A stretch of 64,000 nucleotides of DNA from Thermodesulfovibrionia bacterium (GCA_945787795.1 CALZJD010000001.1:5776-69775); one strand, 5' to 3'; shown: positions 53,744-63,716, numbered from the stretch's first letter. Notes: generated from the letters alone by a model not told the origin. A program made the numbers and translations.

Positions 53744-55018
53744 TCACCTAAACATCACTGTGGCCTGCAGCCACGTAATATTATTTATATAATCATCACT
53801 CACAATATCTGATTTTCTTACGTCATACCTGTATGCAGCGCCTGTTGTAATATGCCGTCCTAAAATGTAATTTATGCTGCTTCCTGCTCCATATCGATGA
53901 ACTTTTCCGTCTTCATTTCCACCAGAAAACTCCTGCTTTTCCCACTGTCCGTTTAGTGATACATCTATTCTTTTTGATACGGAACGTGATATATCAATAG
54001 CAACACCAGCAATTTCATCTTCTCTGTCAGAGTCCAGATATTCATCAATAGTATAGTAGGAATTTACGGTCAATTTAATTGTTTTTCCCGTTTCAACATT
54101 AATATCAACTCTATGACTTTTAAATAACCCTGACGTAGGTGAATCATTAAAATGAATACCGTAGTTGAATCCTACCGATGTATTTTCTGTTATCTTAAAA
54201 ATATTGTCGGTCCCAATATTCCAAATAAATTCTCGAATGTTATCAACATCTTGATAGTTAAACCATGCAACTCCCAGTGAACCATTGATCGTGACAGACG
54301 GTGTAATTCGATAATCCATTTTAGCAGAAGCCTCATGCCTGTCATACTTCGCTTCTGCAACATTACTACCTTCACCATTCAGATCAGGACGATAAGTATA
54401 ATATTCGTAATGTACTGCTCCATTTATTTTCGGTGAAAACTTTTTATCTAATGTTAAAAATGCAGAATGAGTATCAGAGTTGACTAAAGAAGGATCCCTG
54501 TACCATATGTTTGTGTAGCTATAACCAATTGTTGTAGAAATAGTATCCGTGAAAGGCAATATCATATTAGGAGATGCCGTAAATACATTCCTGTCTGTCA
54601 AATTCAGAAATAAATTTTCGGGACTTGTAGGGTTTCTTATATCTACCGGAACACGTTCATACGTGTCCGAGATATTAATATAAAATCGACTTGATGGTTT
54701 AATCATAGTTTGAAAATTCAGACGTTGAGCCTCGTTCAGGTCCGTATCATTGAGATTAGTGTTTTCACTGTAGAATGTGAAATTCAGTCCATAATCAAGA
54801 TCGAAATTAATGGTTCTATACGGAGAATACTTAAGTACAATTTTCGGATTAATAGTAGTTATAAAATCATCTGTTCTGCCAGTCTCGGTTAAAAATATAT
54901 TGTCATTATATTCTTCCTTTACACTTATACTGGGATTTAATGAAAATTCCGCAAACGATGGAGCGCAAATGAATATTATCATTACCGGTAAGAGTCCAAA
55001 ATAAATCACCTTTCTCAT
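53744..55018 (-). CDS. Outer-membrane beta-barrel protein, PEP-CTERM-locus associated
   Basis: 424-aa ORF with the signal peptide MRKVIYFGLLPVMIIFICAPSFA. It has an alternating-hydrophobicity, Tyr/Asn/Thr-rich strand pattern throughout and sits between the kinase and ATPase genes, as in XrtA loci. Confidence 0.7.
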   Translation of the reverse strand: MRKVIYFGLLPVMIIFICAPSFAEFSLNPSISVKEEYNDNIFLTETGRTDDFITTINPKIVLKYSPYRTINFDLDYGLNFTFYSENTNLNDTDLNEAQRLNFQTMIKPSSRFYINISDTYERVPVDIRNPTSPENLFLNLTDRNVFTASPNMILPFTDTISTTIGYSYTNIWYRDPSLVNSDTHSAFLTLDKKFSPKINGAVHYEYYTYRPDLNGEGSNVAEAKYDRHEASAKMDYRITPSVTINGSLGVAWFNYQDVDNIREFIWNIGTDNIFKITENTSVGFNYGIHFNDSPTSGLFKSHRVDINVETGKTIKLTVNSYYTIDEYLDSDREDEIAGVAIDISRSVSKRIDVSLNGQWEKQEFSGGNEDGKVHRYGAGSSINYILGRHITTGAAYRYDVRKSDIVSDDYINNITWLQATVMFR

Positions 55019-55827
55019 TCTTTCGCATCTCGATTATATCCTGTATATTTGTAACCATAACGATAATAAGGTGTATGAAAGCTACCCGCGCTTGCATCAT
55101 TATATACAACACCCAATATATTCGAAGCCTTAATCATGTGCAAGGCCTCTTCAATTGTTTTTTTCTGCGCATGTGCCTCCCTGATAACGAAAACAATTCC
55201 ATCTACATAAGAGGCTATTGTAATTCCCTCTGCAAAAGGCAGGATTGGAGGCGTGTCAATAATAATATATCTGTCCATATATTTTTGCTTAAACTCTTTA
55301 ATAAGTGATTGCATTTTCTGAGAAGAGAGTAATTCTACGGGATTCTCCACTTGATTGCCTGCCGGAATAAAGACAAGATTGCCAATGCCTGTTTTTATTA
55401 TAATATCTGAAATATCAATATCCCGGGATAAATACTCAGAAAGCCCATATTTATATTCGATTCCGAGATATTTGTGTAAAGTAGGCTTCCTTAGATCTGC
55501 ATCCACCAAAATGACCGAATGGTCAATGTCATGGGCAATTGATACTGCTAGATTTACTGATGTGTTAGATTTACCTTCATTATCAATAGCACTGGTAATC
55601 ATGATAGTATTATGGAAATCTGTCTTTGTTTCCCGGATTAATATTGACTTAAATCTCCTGTACTCCTCAGCAATAGCGGAATGAGGATCGGTTATTGTTA
55701 CCAAACAGGGATTGACAATTTCTTTTCGTTCAATCCTGTTGATGATTTTCAGTTTTTTTCTGCCATCTTCAGTAGTATTTGCCATTAATTTACCTGCTAT
55801 ATCCAGTGCCTTCTCAATTTCGCTCAT
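55015..55827 (-). CDS. BY-type protein tyrosine kinase (stand-alone cytoplasmic domain)
   Basis: 270-aa ORF with Walker A ITSAIDNEGKSNTS, Walker A' VILVDADLRKP, Walker B YIIIDTPP and the C-terminal Tyr cluster PYYRYGYKYTGY. Confidence 0.9.
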   Translation of the reverse strand: MSEIEKALDIAGKLMANTTEDGRKKLKIINRIERKEIVNPCLVTITDPHSAIAEEYRRFKSILIRETKTDFHNTIMITSAIDNEGKSNTSVNLAVSIAHDIDHSVILVDADLRKPTLHKYLGIEYKYGLSEYLSRDIDISDIIIKTGIGNLVFIPAGNQVENPVELLSSQKMQSLIKEFKQKYMDRYIIIDTPPILPFAEGITIASYVDGIVFVIREAHAQKKTIEEALHMIKASNILGVVYNDASAGSFHTPYYRYGYKYTGYNRDAKE

Positions 55828-55844
55828 GCTATCTCCTTACAGAT

Positions 55845-57404
55845 TTATAGATAGTGATTTACAAAGCTGCTATGTATGAATTCTTCAACATATGTAAGAC
55901 CTAAATATTCCATTACAAGGACCCCCAAAATGCACAACATATACACTCCTGCAAAACTATAAAGAAGGATATCTTTTTTCTTTCTTTTTATAATCGTCTC
56001 TGAGCTTTGTATCTTGGGTATTATTGCAAGAACCGGTAATCCGAATGTCTTAAGGACATCAGAAGTTTTAACAGAATTATCTATATAATCAAGCAGGAAA
56101 ATGACCCCAAAAGATACTATGAAACCAAATATAATGCCGGTCAAAATCATCCTTACTCTGCTTGGAGTGATTGGTATTGATGGCATAATAGCAGGCTCAA
56201 TAATTCTGAAAGTAGTAGCCTTATCTTCTATCTCCATTTGTTTTGATACCTCAGACTGGCCGAGTCTTGCCAGTAATTGTTGATATACACTTCGGAAAGA
56301 ATCTCTTTCTTTTTCCAGATCAGCCAGTTTTTTTCTGTTCTCAGGTATAACCCTCAATTCCTTTTTTTTATTCCTGATCAACGTGTTCAAATGATCGTTC
56401 TTTGCATTAAATGCGATAATTTCTGTTTCTACTTCAGCAAGTCTTTGTTTTAATCTTTGATACACAGGATTTGCGGCGCTGATTTCTGTATCTCTCTCGT
56501 TGTTAACATAATCTTCGGGACTATTGTTGTTCTGGTTTTTTAAAACTTCTATTTCGGCTTTCAGTTTAATAATATCCGGATAGTTTTCCGTATATCTGAC
56601 GAGCAATTGTTTGATTCTGTTTTCAAGAGATTCTATCGTTTTCTTAATTTCGCTTGTACTGTACATGGCAACAGTAAAGGGGTCTTCATTGCTTAACTGT
56701 GCTTCGATGCTTTTCTTTCTTGCAATCAATTCTTTCTTCTGTATCTCTATTGTACTAATCTCTTCCAAATGATTCTTTATCTCATTAATAATAGAGCCTT
56801 CATCCGTTGCTATATAGATCCCCTGTTCCTGCCTGAATTTAATTACCTCATCTTCTCCTTTGTCCATCTTTCCTTTAAAAAAAGCGACTTGCTTTTCCAG
56901 GAACTTAGTGGCATTATATGCCTCCTCCCTCTTTGCAAAAATGTTTTTCTCAAGGTATTCATTGACAAGATTATTAATATAATTCTTGGCAAGCGCTGGA
57001 TCGCGATGTATAAAGGACACGGTGATAAGACTGTTATTCCTTATTTTTATATCCGTCTTATTCTGAAACGAATTAATCATTCTTTCTAAGTCTTCACTAT
57101 TATTTGCATGTATATCCAAATCAAGGTTACGTAGCACATTCAGGACAAGACTTCTACCAAGCATAGTATCTCTAAGCACTCTGATTCTCTCATCCATTGA
57201 AGGCGTAATTGCAATACCTTCAACAAGTCGATGTATGACATTTCGCTCAATAAATATAGTGCTCTTTGCTTCATATTCCTTAGGCATAAAATAGCTATAG
57301 CAAGTAATTATGGACATAATAAAAAGAGACAAAGGGACAAAGAGATATCTCTTCTTAATAATCAGTTTCAGATATCTGAGTATTTCCGAATATGGCTGTT
57401 CCAT
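55845..57404 (-). CDS. Polysaccharide chain-length determinant (Wzz/PCP family, PEP-CTERM-locus type)
   Basis: I prefer the start at 57404 (MEQPYSEILRYLKLI...), which is preceded by GAAGGAGAGAAA. The protein has an N-terminal TM segment, a long coiled-coil periplasmic region and a C-terminal TM segment. The track ORF start at 57446 overlaps the upstream gene. Confidence 0.85.
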   Translation of the reverse strand: MEQPYSEILRYLKLIIKKRYLFVPLSLFIMSIITCYSYFMPKEYEAKSTIFIERNVIHRLVEGIAITPSMDERIRVLRDTMLGRSLVLNVLRNLDLDIHANNSEDLERMINSFQNKTDIKIRNNSLITVSFIHRDPALAKNYINNLVNEYLEKNIFAKREEAYNATKFLEKQVAFFKGKMDKGEDEVIKFRQEQGIYIATDEGSIINEIKNHLEEISTIEIQKKELIARKKSIEAQLSNEDPFTVAMYSTSEIKKTIESLENRIKQLLVRYTENYPDIIKLKAEIEVLKNQNNNSPEDYVNNERDTEISAANPVYQRLKQRLAEVETEIIAFNAKNDHLNTLIRNKKKELRVIPENRKKLADLEKERDSFRSVYQQLLARLGQSEVSKQMEIEDKATTFRIIEPAIMPSIPITPSRVRMILTGIIFGFIVSFGVIFLLDYIDNSVKTSDVLKTFGLPVLAIIPKIQSSETIIKRKKKDILLYSFAGVYMLCILGVLVMEYLGLTYVEEFIHSSFVNHYL

Positions 57405-57423
57405 TTTCTCTCCTTCATATTCT

Positions 57424-58236
57424 TTAAAATAAGCTTTCATTGACAATTACAATATCATTGGGCATCATCATTACATTCTCGCTTAAATTACCCTTCATGA
57501 GATTTTTTGCCTTTACCGATATTTCTATCCTTTCCGCATCACCATTTTTTCTAAAAATCTTTACACTATTTTTGTTTGCAAATTCGGTAAATCCACCAAC
57601 AGCAAGAATAACATCCAGAATTGTGTGACCCTCACTGTACTTAATAGTAGTCGGATTATTTACAGCACCAAGTATAGTTATCCGTTTATCAAAGTTGTCA
57701 GGGATAAACAGGGTGTCATTCGGATTCAAAGTAATATCCTGACTGTAATTCCCCTTTTCAAAGAGGGAAGAAAAATCAGTCATTATCTTCTTTTTATCTC
57801 TCAATAAATATGCGTTTTTCAGATCAGCATCTTGAAAGGGTCCAATCTGTGCAAGCAACTCCAGCAGTGTTGTTTGTCTCGTAAGTGTTATGACTCCTGT
57901 TTTCACTCCCGTGCCTATAAGAAATATTCTAGAATTTGTCATGTTTGTAACTATCACAGTGACAATTGGTGTTTTAACTATTGTCTTCATTTCTCGTTCT
58001 AGCAATTTTTTCAACTCCAATGGGGTCAATCCTGATGCCCTAATCTCGCCCATTGCAGGAATTGATATCTTGCCGTCAGGTCTGACTGTACTTGATAAGC
58101 TCAGCTCCGGGATTCCCCAAACAGAAACATTAAGAGAGTCGCCTTCTCCAATAACATAATCTCCTGAAAAGACATATAGTGGAATCAAAACGAATACAAT
58201 CATCAAACTGAATATAGTTTTAACAAACTTCATCAT
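57424..58236 (-). CDS. Polysaccharide export protein (Wza-like; Poly_export plus SLBB domains)
   Basis: 270-aa ORF with a signal peptide, YVIGEGDSLNVSVWGIPELS (Poly_export motif) and SLBB-like repeats. An ATGA overlap links it to the upstream transferase gene. Confidence 0.85.
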   Translation of the reverse strand: MMKFVKTIFSLMIVFVLIPLYVFSGDYVIGEGDSLNVSVWGIPELSLSSTVRPDGKISIPAMGEIRASGLTPLELKKLLEREMKTIVKTPIVTVIVTNMTNSRIFLIGTGVKTGVITLTRQTTLLELLAQIGPFQDADLKNAYLLRDKKKIMTDFSSLFEKGNYSQDITLNPNDTLFIPDNFDKRITILGAVNNPTTIKYSEGHTILDVILAVGGFTEFANKNSVKIFRKNGDAERIEISVKAKNLMKGNLSENVMMMPNDIVIVNESLF

Positions 58237-59615
58237 CTTCCTCCTCTACCGAATAAAATAACTTTCATTGTATCCATCATAATCAGAAAGTCAAGAAAGA
58301 CCGATTGATATTTCATATAGTAGAGATCATATTTCAACTTTTCGACAGCATCTTTCACTGAATCGCCATACTCATGTCTTACCTGAGCCCACCCCGTAAC
58401 TCCCGGCTTAATGCAGTGTCTCTCTGAATAATATGGTATTTGTTTTTTTAGAGTTTCAACGAAAAATGGCCGCTCAGGCCTCGGACCTATAAAACTCATG
58501 TCTCCTCGGATGACATTGAATAACTGGGGGATTTCATCAAGTCGAGTTTTTCTTAAAAAGTTTCCGAGTCTCGTTATCCTACAGTCTCCAGCCTGTGACC
58601 ATACGGGACCGGTATCCTTTTCAGCACAATCAATCATTGTTCTGAATTTATAGACGGTAAATATTTTCTCGCCTTCTCCTATACGTTTCTGTTTAAATAA
58701 AACTGGCCCTTTGGAATCCAGTTTTATGAGAACAGGGATGAAAAAAATAAAAGGCACTGTAATTGCAATACCAAATGCAGCAAACAAGACGTCACATATA
58801 CGTTTTATAAAACTTCGCATAATGGTTATCCTGAATCCATCGGAAAAGATCAGATGGCTTGGATTCATGTTTTCGACAAGCAGTTTTCCAGTCATCTGTT
58901 CATAAAAGGAAGGACCATCAACTATATCTATCCCCTTTAGTTTGCAGTTGAGTATTTCCCTAACAGGAAGATTTCCCCGCCTTTCAGTAAGGGATACAAT
59001 GATCTTCTGAACTTTTTTCTTTAGAGCAACAGCACATAATCTCTCTTCGCTTCCAATTACATTATGTTCAGGGACGTTCACAGGTTCACTCATACATTTT
59101 ATGTATCCTGACAATGCAAAGCCATTGTTGTTGCCGTCAATTATCTTCCCCATGATCATGGCAACCGGTCCTGTACCAAGTATAAGTACGTTTCTACTGC
59201 CAACCGGTAACTCCTGAAAAAAGTCATAACCAATGTGCCATATTGCCTGGAATAAAATTGATATGCACATTGCATAAAGCAATACCCCTCTTCCAAGGAA
59301 TAAAGACTGAACAAAGTAATAAAAAGCAGCAAGTGCAATTGCAGTAATAAATCTGGATAATACTATTTTCGATAGTATCTCCTTTCTGCTAACCTTTTTA
59401 TTACCACTGTATAGTTCTACAAAAAAACAGATAAGCACAATAAAAAACGCAAATGCAATTACCTTTGGCAGAAAGGGATAATATAAATACATATCTTCTA
59501 ATTCGTATTTATAACTGAAATAAAATCTCAAATAAATGCCGGCATAAGCTGAAACTATAGAAATTATGAAATCTCCTATCATTAACATAATATATCTTGG
59601 TAATAAGAATTTCAT
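58233..59615 (-). CDS. Polyprenyl glycosylphosphotransferase (EpsB/WbaP-type initiating sugar transferase)
   Basis: 460-aa ORF with N-terminal TM helices and a central Rossmann-like region. The C-terminal bacterial sugar transferase domain reads RICDVLFAAFGIAITVPFIFFIPVLIKLDSKGPVLFKQKRIG...YKFRTM...RLDEIPQLFNVIRGDMSFIGPRP. Confidence 0.9.
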   Translation of the reverse strand: MKFLLPRYIMLMIGDFIISIVSAYAGIYLRFYFSYKYELEDMYLYYPFLPKVIAFAFFIVLICFFVELYSGNKKVSRKEILSKIVLSRFITAIALAAFYYFVQSLFLGRGVLLYAMCISILFQAIWHIGYDFFQELPVGSRNVLILGTGPVAMIMGKIIDGNNNGFALSGYIKCMSEPVNVPEHNVIGSEERLCAVALKKKVQKIIVSLTERRGNLPVREILNCKLKGIDIVDGPSFYEQMTGKLLVENMNPSHLIFSDGFRITIMRSFIKRICDVLFAAFGIAITVPFIFFIPVLIKLDSKGPVLFKQKRIGEGEKIFTVYKFRTMIDCAEKDTGPVWSQAGDCRITRLGNFLRKTRLDEIPQLFNVIRGDMSFIGPRPERPFFVETLKKQIPYYSERHCIKPGVTGWAQVRHEYGDSVKDAVEKLKYDLYYMKYQSVFLDFLIMMDTMKVILFGRGGR

Positions 59616-62383
59616 TTAATACCTAGACCTGCCAGTAACTTTTTTGCTTCATTAAATTCAGGAAACTTGGAGTCACGTCCCATCTTGATTGCTCTTTCGA
59701 GCTGTTCCTCGGTTTTCTTAAACATCCCCTTTTTATGATATGTCAGAGCTAAATGATAGCGAATTGTCGGTTCATCTGGAAGATATTGAGAAGCTTCTAT
59801 AAAATTCTTCAGAGCATCTTCATAATTTCCACTTTTGTATAAAACCCAACCTAATGTATCATTTATGCGTCCATCTCTGGGAGCTAACTTCTTAGCCCTT
59901 TGAGCCATAATTATTGCCTTTTCAGAAGGGCCATATCCTTCAGCATACAGGAAGGCAAGATTATTCAAGGCAGGGACATAATCCGGAAAAAGCTCCAGAA
60001 CTTCATTATACTTTTCAAGAGAAGGCTTCTTCTTTCCCATCCTCTCTAATATTGCTGCCTGATAAAAATATACTTCAACATTATCGGGATTGGATTTTTG
60101 AATCTTCTCAAAAATATCAAGAGCTTCTTGCAGCTTATTAACTGCAATATATTCCTTGCCGAGCAGGACTTTTGTTTTTATGTTTGATGGATTAATTTTT
60201 TCCGCTTTCTTTAGTGCATCGATAGCATCATTCTGCTTTCGGGACGAGATATATACGTGAGCAAGCAACTGGTATCCATATTCGTTTCCAGGTACCTCGG
60301 AAATTATTTCTTTAGCGGTTTTCTCTGCTTCCCGGTAATCCTTTTCTTTCATGTAAAGATCTGTCATACGGCCCAGGACAACTGCCCTGTTTTTTGTGTC
60401 CGCTAAAAGTGACCTGAACTCTTTTATTGCGCTTTCGTACTCACCCATAACAGCATATAAACCTGCCAGTCTTTCTCTTCCTCTCTCTCTGGAGAGAGAG
60501 GTCATTTCTCTATACAGGGAAATAGCTTTTTTATATTCCTTATTGGCTGTGTAAATCTGTCCTTTCATGTCCATAACGTTTATGTTCTTTGAATCAAGCT
60601 GTAACGCTTCATCAAGAACTTCAATGGCTTTATTGCTGGCTCCATTTCTTTGATAATACCCGGCAAGTGATATATATGTTATTGATTTGTTCTGTTCCTT
60701 TGCTTTCATGTAATAAGAAAGAGCTTTTTCATTATCTTTTTCTGCTTCCAGGATCGCTGCCAGCATCAGCAGTGCCGGAACATTGTCTTTCTCCAGATCA
60801 AGGACCCGCTCATAAACCGTAATCGCCTTTTCTTTTTCATTTGACTTCATGTAAAACAGGCCAAGATTTAAATAAGGAAGCACATACTCTGAATTGGCAG
60901 CTATTGCCTTTTCAAAATGCTCAGCAGCATTATCCATATCTTCAGCTCCAAGATATGCTGTTGCCATTATACTATAGAGAATCGCGTCGTCATGATTCTC
61001 TTTCAAACCTTCATTTAATGTCCTGATTGCATCCTCGTATTTCTTATTTTGAATGTAATACTTGGCTAATATGATCCTTGAATTAAGCATGTCAGGTGCT
61101 ATCTCAACGGCACTGAGAAATTCCTTTTCAGCTTTATGGGGATTGCCTGTCATCAGATTAAAGGCTCCTTTTTTTATGCGAGGATCAATAAGCTCAGGGT
61201 TAAGCTCAATTGCCCTGTCAAACTCTGCTAAAGCAAGATCATTTTTACCAAGTGATAGATGAACGTTTCCAAGCAGGTTGTGAGCAAACGCATTCTTCTC
61301 ATCTATTGCCAGGACCTCTTGTATCTCTCGTTCAGCCTCTTCATCACGCCCTTTTTTTAGGTGTGCAACGGCGAGTAATAAGCGTGACTGCAGAATGTCA
61401 GGTTGCAAATCAATCACTCTCCTGAAGGCACTTGTGGCCTGCTCCAGATCTTCATTGGAAAGATGGCATAATCCAAGATAGTAATATGCACCGGGGATAG
61501 ACGCATGTTTAAGAGATTCCAGAAGTGAGGTTATCGCTTCGTCAATATTTCTCTCATGGAAATACACCAGACCCATAAGATAAGGACCTTCCGGCCTGTC
61601 CCTGTATTCATCTTTAAGGTCTATTGCTATAGCTTTTGCTTTATCAATATTTTTCTTACGGATGTACGTGAAACCTAATTTCAAACGGGCATTAATATCT
61701 TTACCGTCTATTTCAGTTATTCTTTGATACGTTTTAATGAGTTCATCGACCTGATGCTGTTTATTATGTATTTCTGCAAGGACATACAGGGCAGCTTTAT
61801 TCTCTGCTTCTTTTGAAAGAACCTGATGTACGATCTTATCCGCCCTTGAAGTTTCCCCTTTTCTAAGATAAACATCTGCCAGCATAATCCTTGAAGATGT
61901 TCTCCCAGGAGACATTTTAATTGTTTTAGATAAGATGTCTTCTGATTTCGCGTAATCTTTTTTTGCTAAATGCGCGGCTGCAGCTAACTCGTGAGCCTCT
62001 GGATTGTTCTCATTGACAAGCAGGTACAGATTTATCTCGTTTAAAGAGTTATCAATTTCCCCTTTTTCAAGATATATCCTTGCAAGAGATATATGTGCTT
62101 CATGGAATGAAGGACTTAGCAGTAAAACTTTGTGCAGCTCTTTTTCTGCCGATTCATATTTTTCCTGTACCATATATGTCAATGATAATTTGTACCTTGC
62201 CTCAACATAGTCATGATCTTTTTCAATAGCTTTCCTGAAAGCAACTATTGCCCCATTTGGATTTCCTTTATTAAAAAAATAGAGACCTTTTTCGTAATAC
62301 TGGTTCTTACTTATCTCCTGACTACTACAACCACTAATTAATACTGCGACAATCACATAAAATATGACTAACAAATAACGCAT
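59612..62383 (-). CDS. prsT: PEP-CTERM-system TPR-repeat lipoprotein (PrsT-like)
   Basis: The likely start is Met7 at 62383 (GAGGGG upstream); the track ORF starts at 62401. MRYLLVIFYVIVAVLISGC is a lipoprotein signal with an LISGC lipobox. The rest consists of TPR-like repeats. An ATGA overlap links it to the downstream transferase gene. Confidence 0.85.
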   Translation of the reverse strand: MRYLLVIFYVIVAVLISGCSSQEISKNQYYEKGLYFFNKGNPNGAIVAFRKAIEKDHDYVEARYKLSLTYMVQEKYESAEKELHKVLLLSPSFHEAHISLARIYLEKGEIDNSLNEINLYLLVNENNPEAHELAAAAHLAKKDYAKSEDILSKTIKMSPGRTSSRIMLADVYLRKGETSRADKIVHQVLSKEAENKAALYVLAEIHNKQHQVDELIKTYQRITEIDGKDINARLKLGFTYIRKKNIDKAKAIAIDLKDEYRDRPEGPYLMGLVYFHERNIDEAITSLLESLKHASIPGAYYYLGLCHLSNEDLEQATSAFRRVIDLQPDILQSRLLLAVAHLKKGRDEEAEREIQEVLAIDEKNAFAHNLLGNVHLSLGKNDLALAEFDRAIELNPELIDPRIKKGAFNLMTGNPHKAEKEFLSAVEIAPDMLNSRIILAKYYIQNKKYEDAIRTLNEGLKENHDDAILYSIMATAYLGAEDMDNAAEHFEKAIAANSEYVLPYLNLGLFYMKSNEKEKAITVYERVLDLEKDNVPALLMLAAILEAEKDNEKALSYYMKAKEQNKSITYISLAGYYQRNGASNKAIEVLDEALQLDSKNINVMDMKGQIYTANKEYKKAISLYREMTSLSRERGRERLAGLYAVMGEYESAIKEFRSLLADTKNRAVVLGRMTDLYMKEKDYREAEKTAKEIISEVPGNEYGYQLLAHVYISSRKQNDAIDALKKAEKINPSNIKTKVLLGKEYIAVNKLQEALDIFEKIQKSNPDNVEVYFYQAAILERMGKKKPSLEKYNEVLELFPDYVPALNNLAFLYAEGYGPSEKAIIMAQRAKKLAPRDGRINDTLGWVLYKSGNYEDALKNFIEASQYLPDEPTIRYHLALTYHKKGMFKKTEEQLERAIKMGRDSKFPEFNEAKKLLAGLGIK

Positions 62384-62510
62384 TAATGATTCCCCTCGCA
62401 ACTCCCGTCCCTCAGAGTGAATAAGGATAATATTCTATTTATGTAAGTTATGATATATAACAGTGAAATGCTGTATGTAAAAGTTTATTACGTAGAGTAT
62501 GTATTTGGGT

Positions 62511-62572
62511 ATCAGGGTAACCTGATCTTTGTGTAGGATTTTTTATATTCATTTGTAGGGATAACCTTACAT
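62511..62572 (-). promoter_or_regulatory. Operator-like cluster upstream of prsT (site A)
   Basis: A perfect palindrome ATCAGG-GTAA-CCTGAT lies at 62511-62526. It is followed by TGTAGGATT (62532-62540), 12 nt, and TTGTAGGGATAACCTTACAT (62553-62572), which contains the inverted repeat TGTAGGG-ATAA-CCTTACA. The cluster lies 131-190 bp upstream of the prsT ORF. Confidence 0.4.
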
Positions 62573-62697
62573 ATATTACCGCTGAAAGATGTAAGAGACA
62601 CTAGTGTTAGAGGAAGTTACATATCTAAGAAATACTGAACAAATGCGGATTTTCAGTAAAGCCTGGCAAAATCATTAATAACAGCGTATTGAGTTTT

Positions 62698-63348
62698 TTA
62701 TTTATTCAGCTGCTCTACAATACGGTTATTGATTGTATATTGTATAAGCTGGGCAATGTTCTTCATTTTTAATTTATTCAATATTCGGGATCTATAGGTA
62801 CTTATTGTTTTATCACTCAGAGACAGTTCCATAGCAATTTGTTTCACACGCTTCCCTGATGCAGTCATACACATCACCTCATACTCGCGGGCAGAGAGAG
62901 TCTCATGCGGGGCTTTCCTTTCGTCAGTCCTTATATAAAGAGCTAATCTGTTGGCAAGTGAGGCACTGATATACTTTTTCCCTGCCAATATTTTATGTAC
63001 AGCGTTAACAAATTCATCATGTTTAGATGCTTTCGTGAGGTATCCTGCAGCACCTGCCTTTAATGCCCTGACCGCAAATTGCTCTTCCGGATACATGCTT
63101 AGTATAAGAACCTGCAGATCCGGCCTGAAGTTTTTGAGTTGTTTTAATATATCAATACCGTTTCTTCCCGGCATTGATATATCCAGCAAAACCATATCAA
63201 ATTCATTCCCGCTTATTTTTTTCATAACTTCCGACCCATTGCTCGCTTCCTCAATATCATATTTGTCGGGCATGTCCGACAAAATCTGCTTAATCCCTTT
63301 ACGGAATATTTCGTGATCGTCAGCTATGAGTATTTTTGCACTAAGCAC
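62698..63348 (-). CDS. Response regulator, NarL/FixJ (LuxR-type HTH) family
   Basis: 216-aa ORF. The REC domain has KILIADDHEIFRKG and MVLLDISMPGRNG (phospho-acceptor Asp). The C-terminal LuxR HTH reads LSAREYEVMCMTASGKRVKQIAMELSLSDKTISTYRSRILNKL. Confidence 0.9.
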   Translation of the reverse strand: MLSAKILIADDHEIFRKGIKQILSDMPDKYDIEEASNGSEVMKKISGNEFDMVLLDISMPGRNGIDILKQLKNFRPDLQVLILSMYPEEQFAVRALKAGAAGYLTKASKHDEFVNAVHKILAGKKYISASLANRLALYIRTDERKAPHETLSAREYEVMCMTASGKRVKQIAMELSLSDKTISTYRSRILNKLKMKNIAQLIQYTINNRIVEQLNK

Positions 63349-63588
63349 ACATGATCTTTTCTTTTTAACTTTTAAAAAGCTTAGGCATATGATTAAATCT
63401 GTTTACATTATCATCACAAATAAAATATCGGTAAGTTTAGAGATAAATATATTTCATAACTATCAACTGACTATACATAAATATTTTTGTGTAATTCAGA
63501 CGTTATTAGATTAATGAAAGAACATGCTTATTACCGAAAGCATAATATAACTTGTACTTTTCGCGCTATCAGATACGCCTGAATTTTT

Positions 63589-63630
63589 TGTAGGATTACT
63601 AATTTATAATTTGTGAGGAATGCCTTACAT
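63589..63630 (-). promoter_or_regulatory. Operator-like motif upstream of the response-regulator gene (site B)
   Basis: TGTAGGATT (63589-63597), 13 nt, then TTGTGAGGAATGCCTTACAT (63611-63630). The 9-mer is identical to site A and the 20-mer matches it at 15/20 positions, in the same orientation relative to the downstream gene. Confidence 0.4.
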
Positions 63631-63716
63631 GATAAGAACCAGGCATTTATGCAGAGTATGTTACAAAATTTTACATACAAACAGGTTATAAAAGAGACAA
63701 TAATTAATTCTCTACA

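Noticed and set aside
62471-62502. Extra similarity between the two regulator-associated leaders: AGAGTATGT appears in both, and CTGTATGTAAAAG (62471-62483) is similar to the inverted TTTTACATACAAACAG (63669-63684).
   Set aside because: These are short AT-rich matches in a different order and orientation in the two leaders, so they are plausibly chance. Only the collinear 41-42-bp motif was kept.
62402-62697. A sigma-54 (-24 GG / -12 GC) promoter or a c-di-GMP riboswitch in the prsT leader.
   Set aside because: No TGGCAC-N5-TTGC-like element was seen on the transcribed strand. The leader is too AT-rich and lacks the GC-rich paired elements of GEMM-type riboswitches. A weak TTACAT...TATATA sigma-70-like pair exists, but its spacing is ambiguous.
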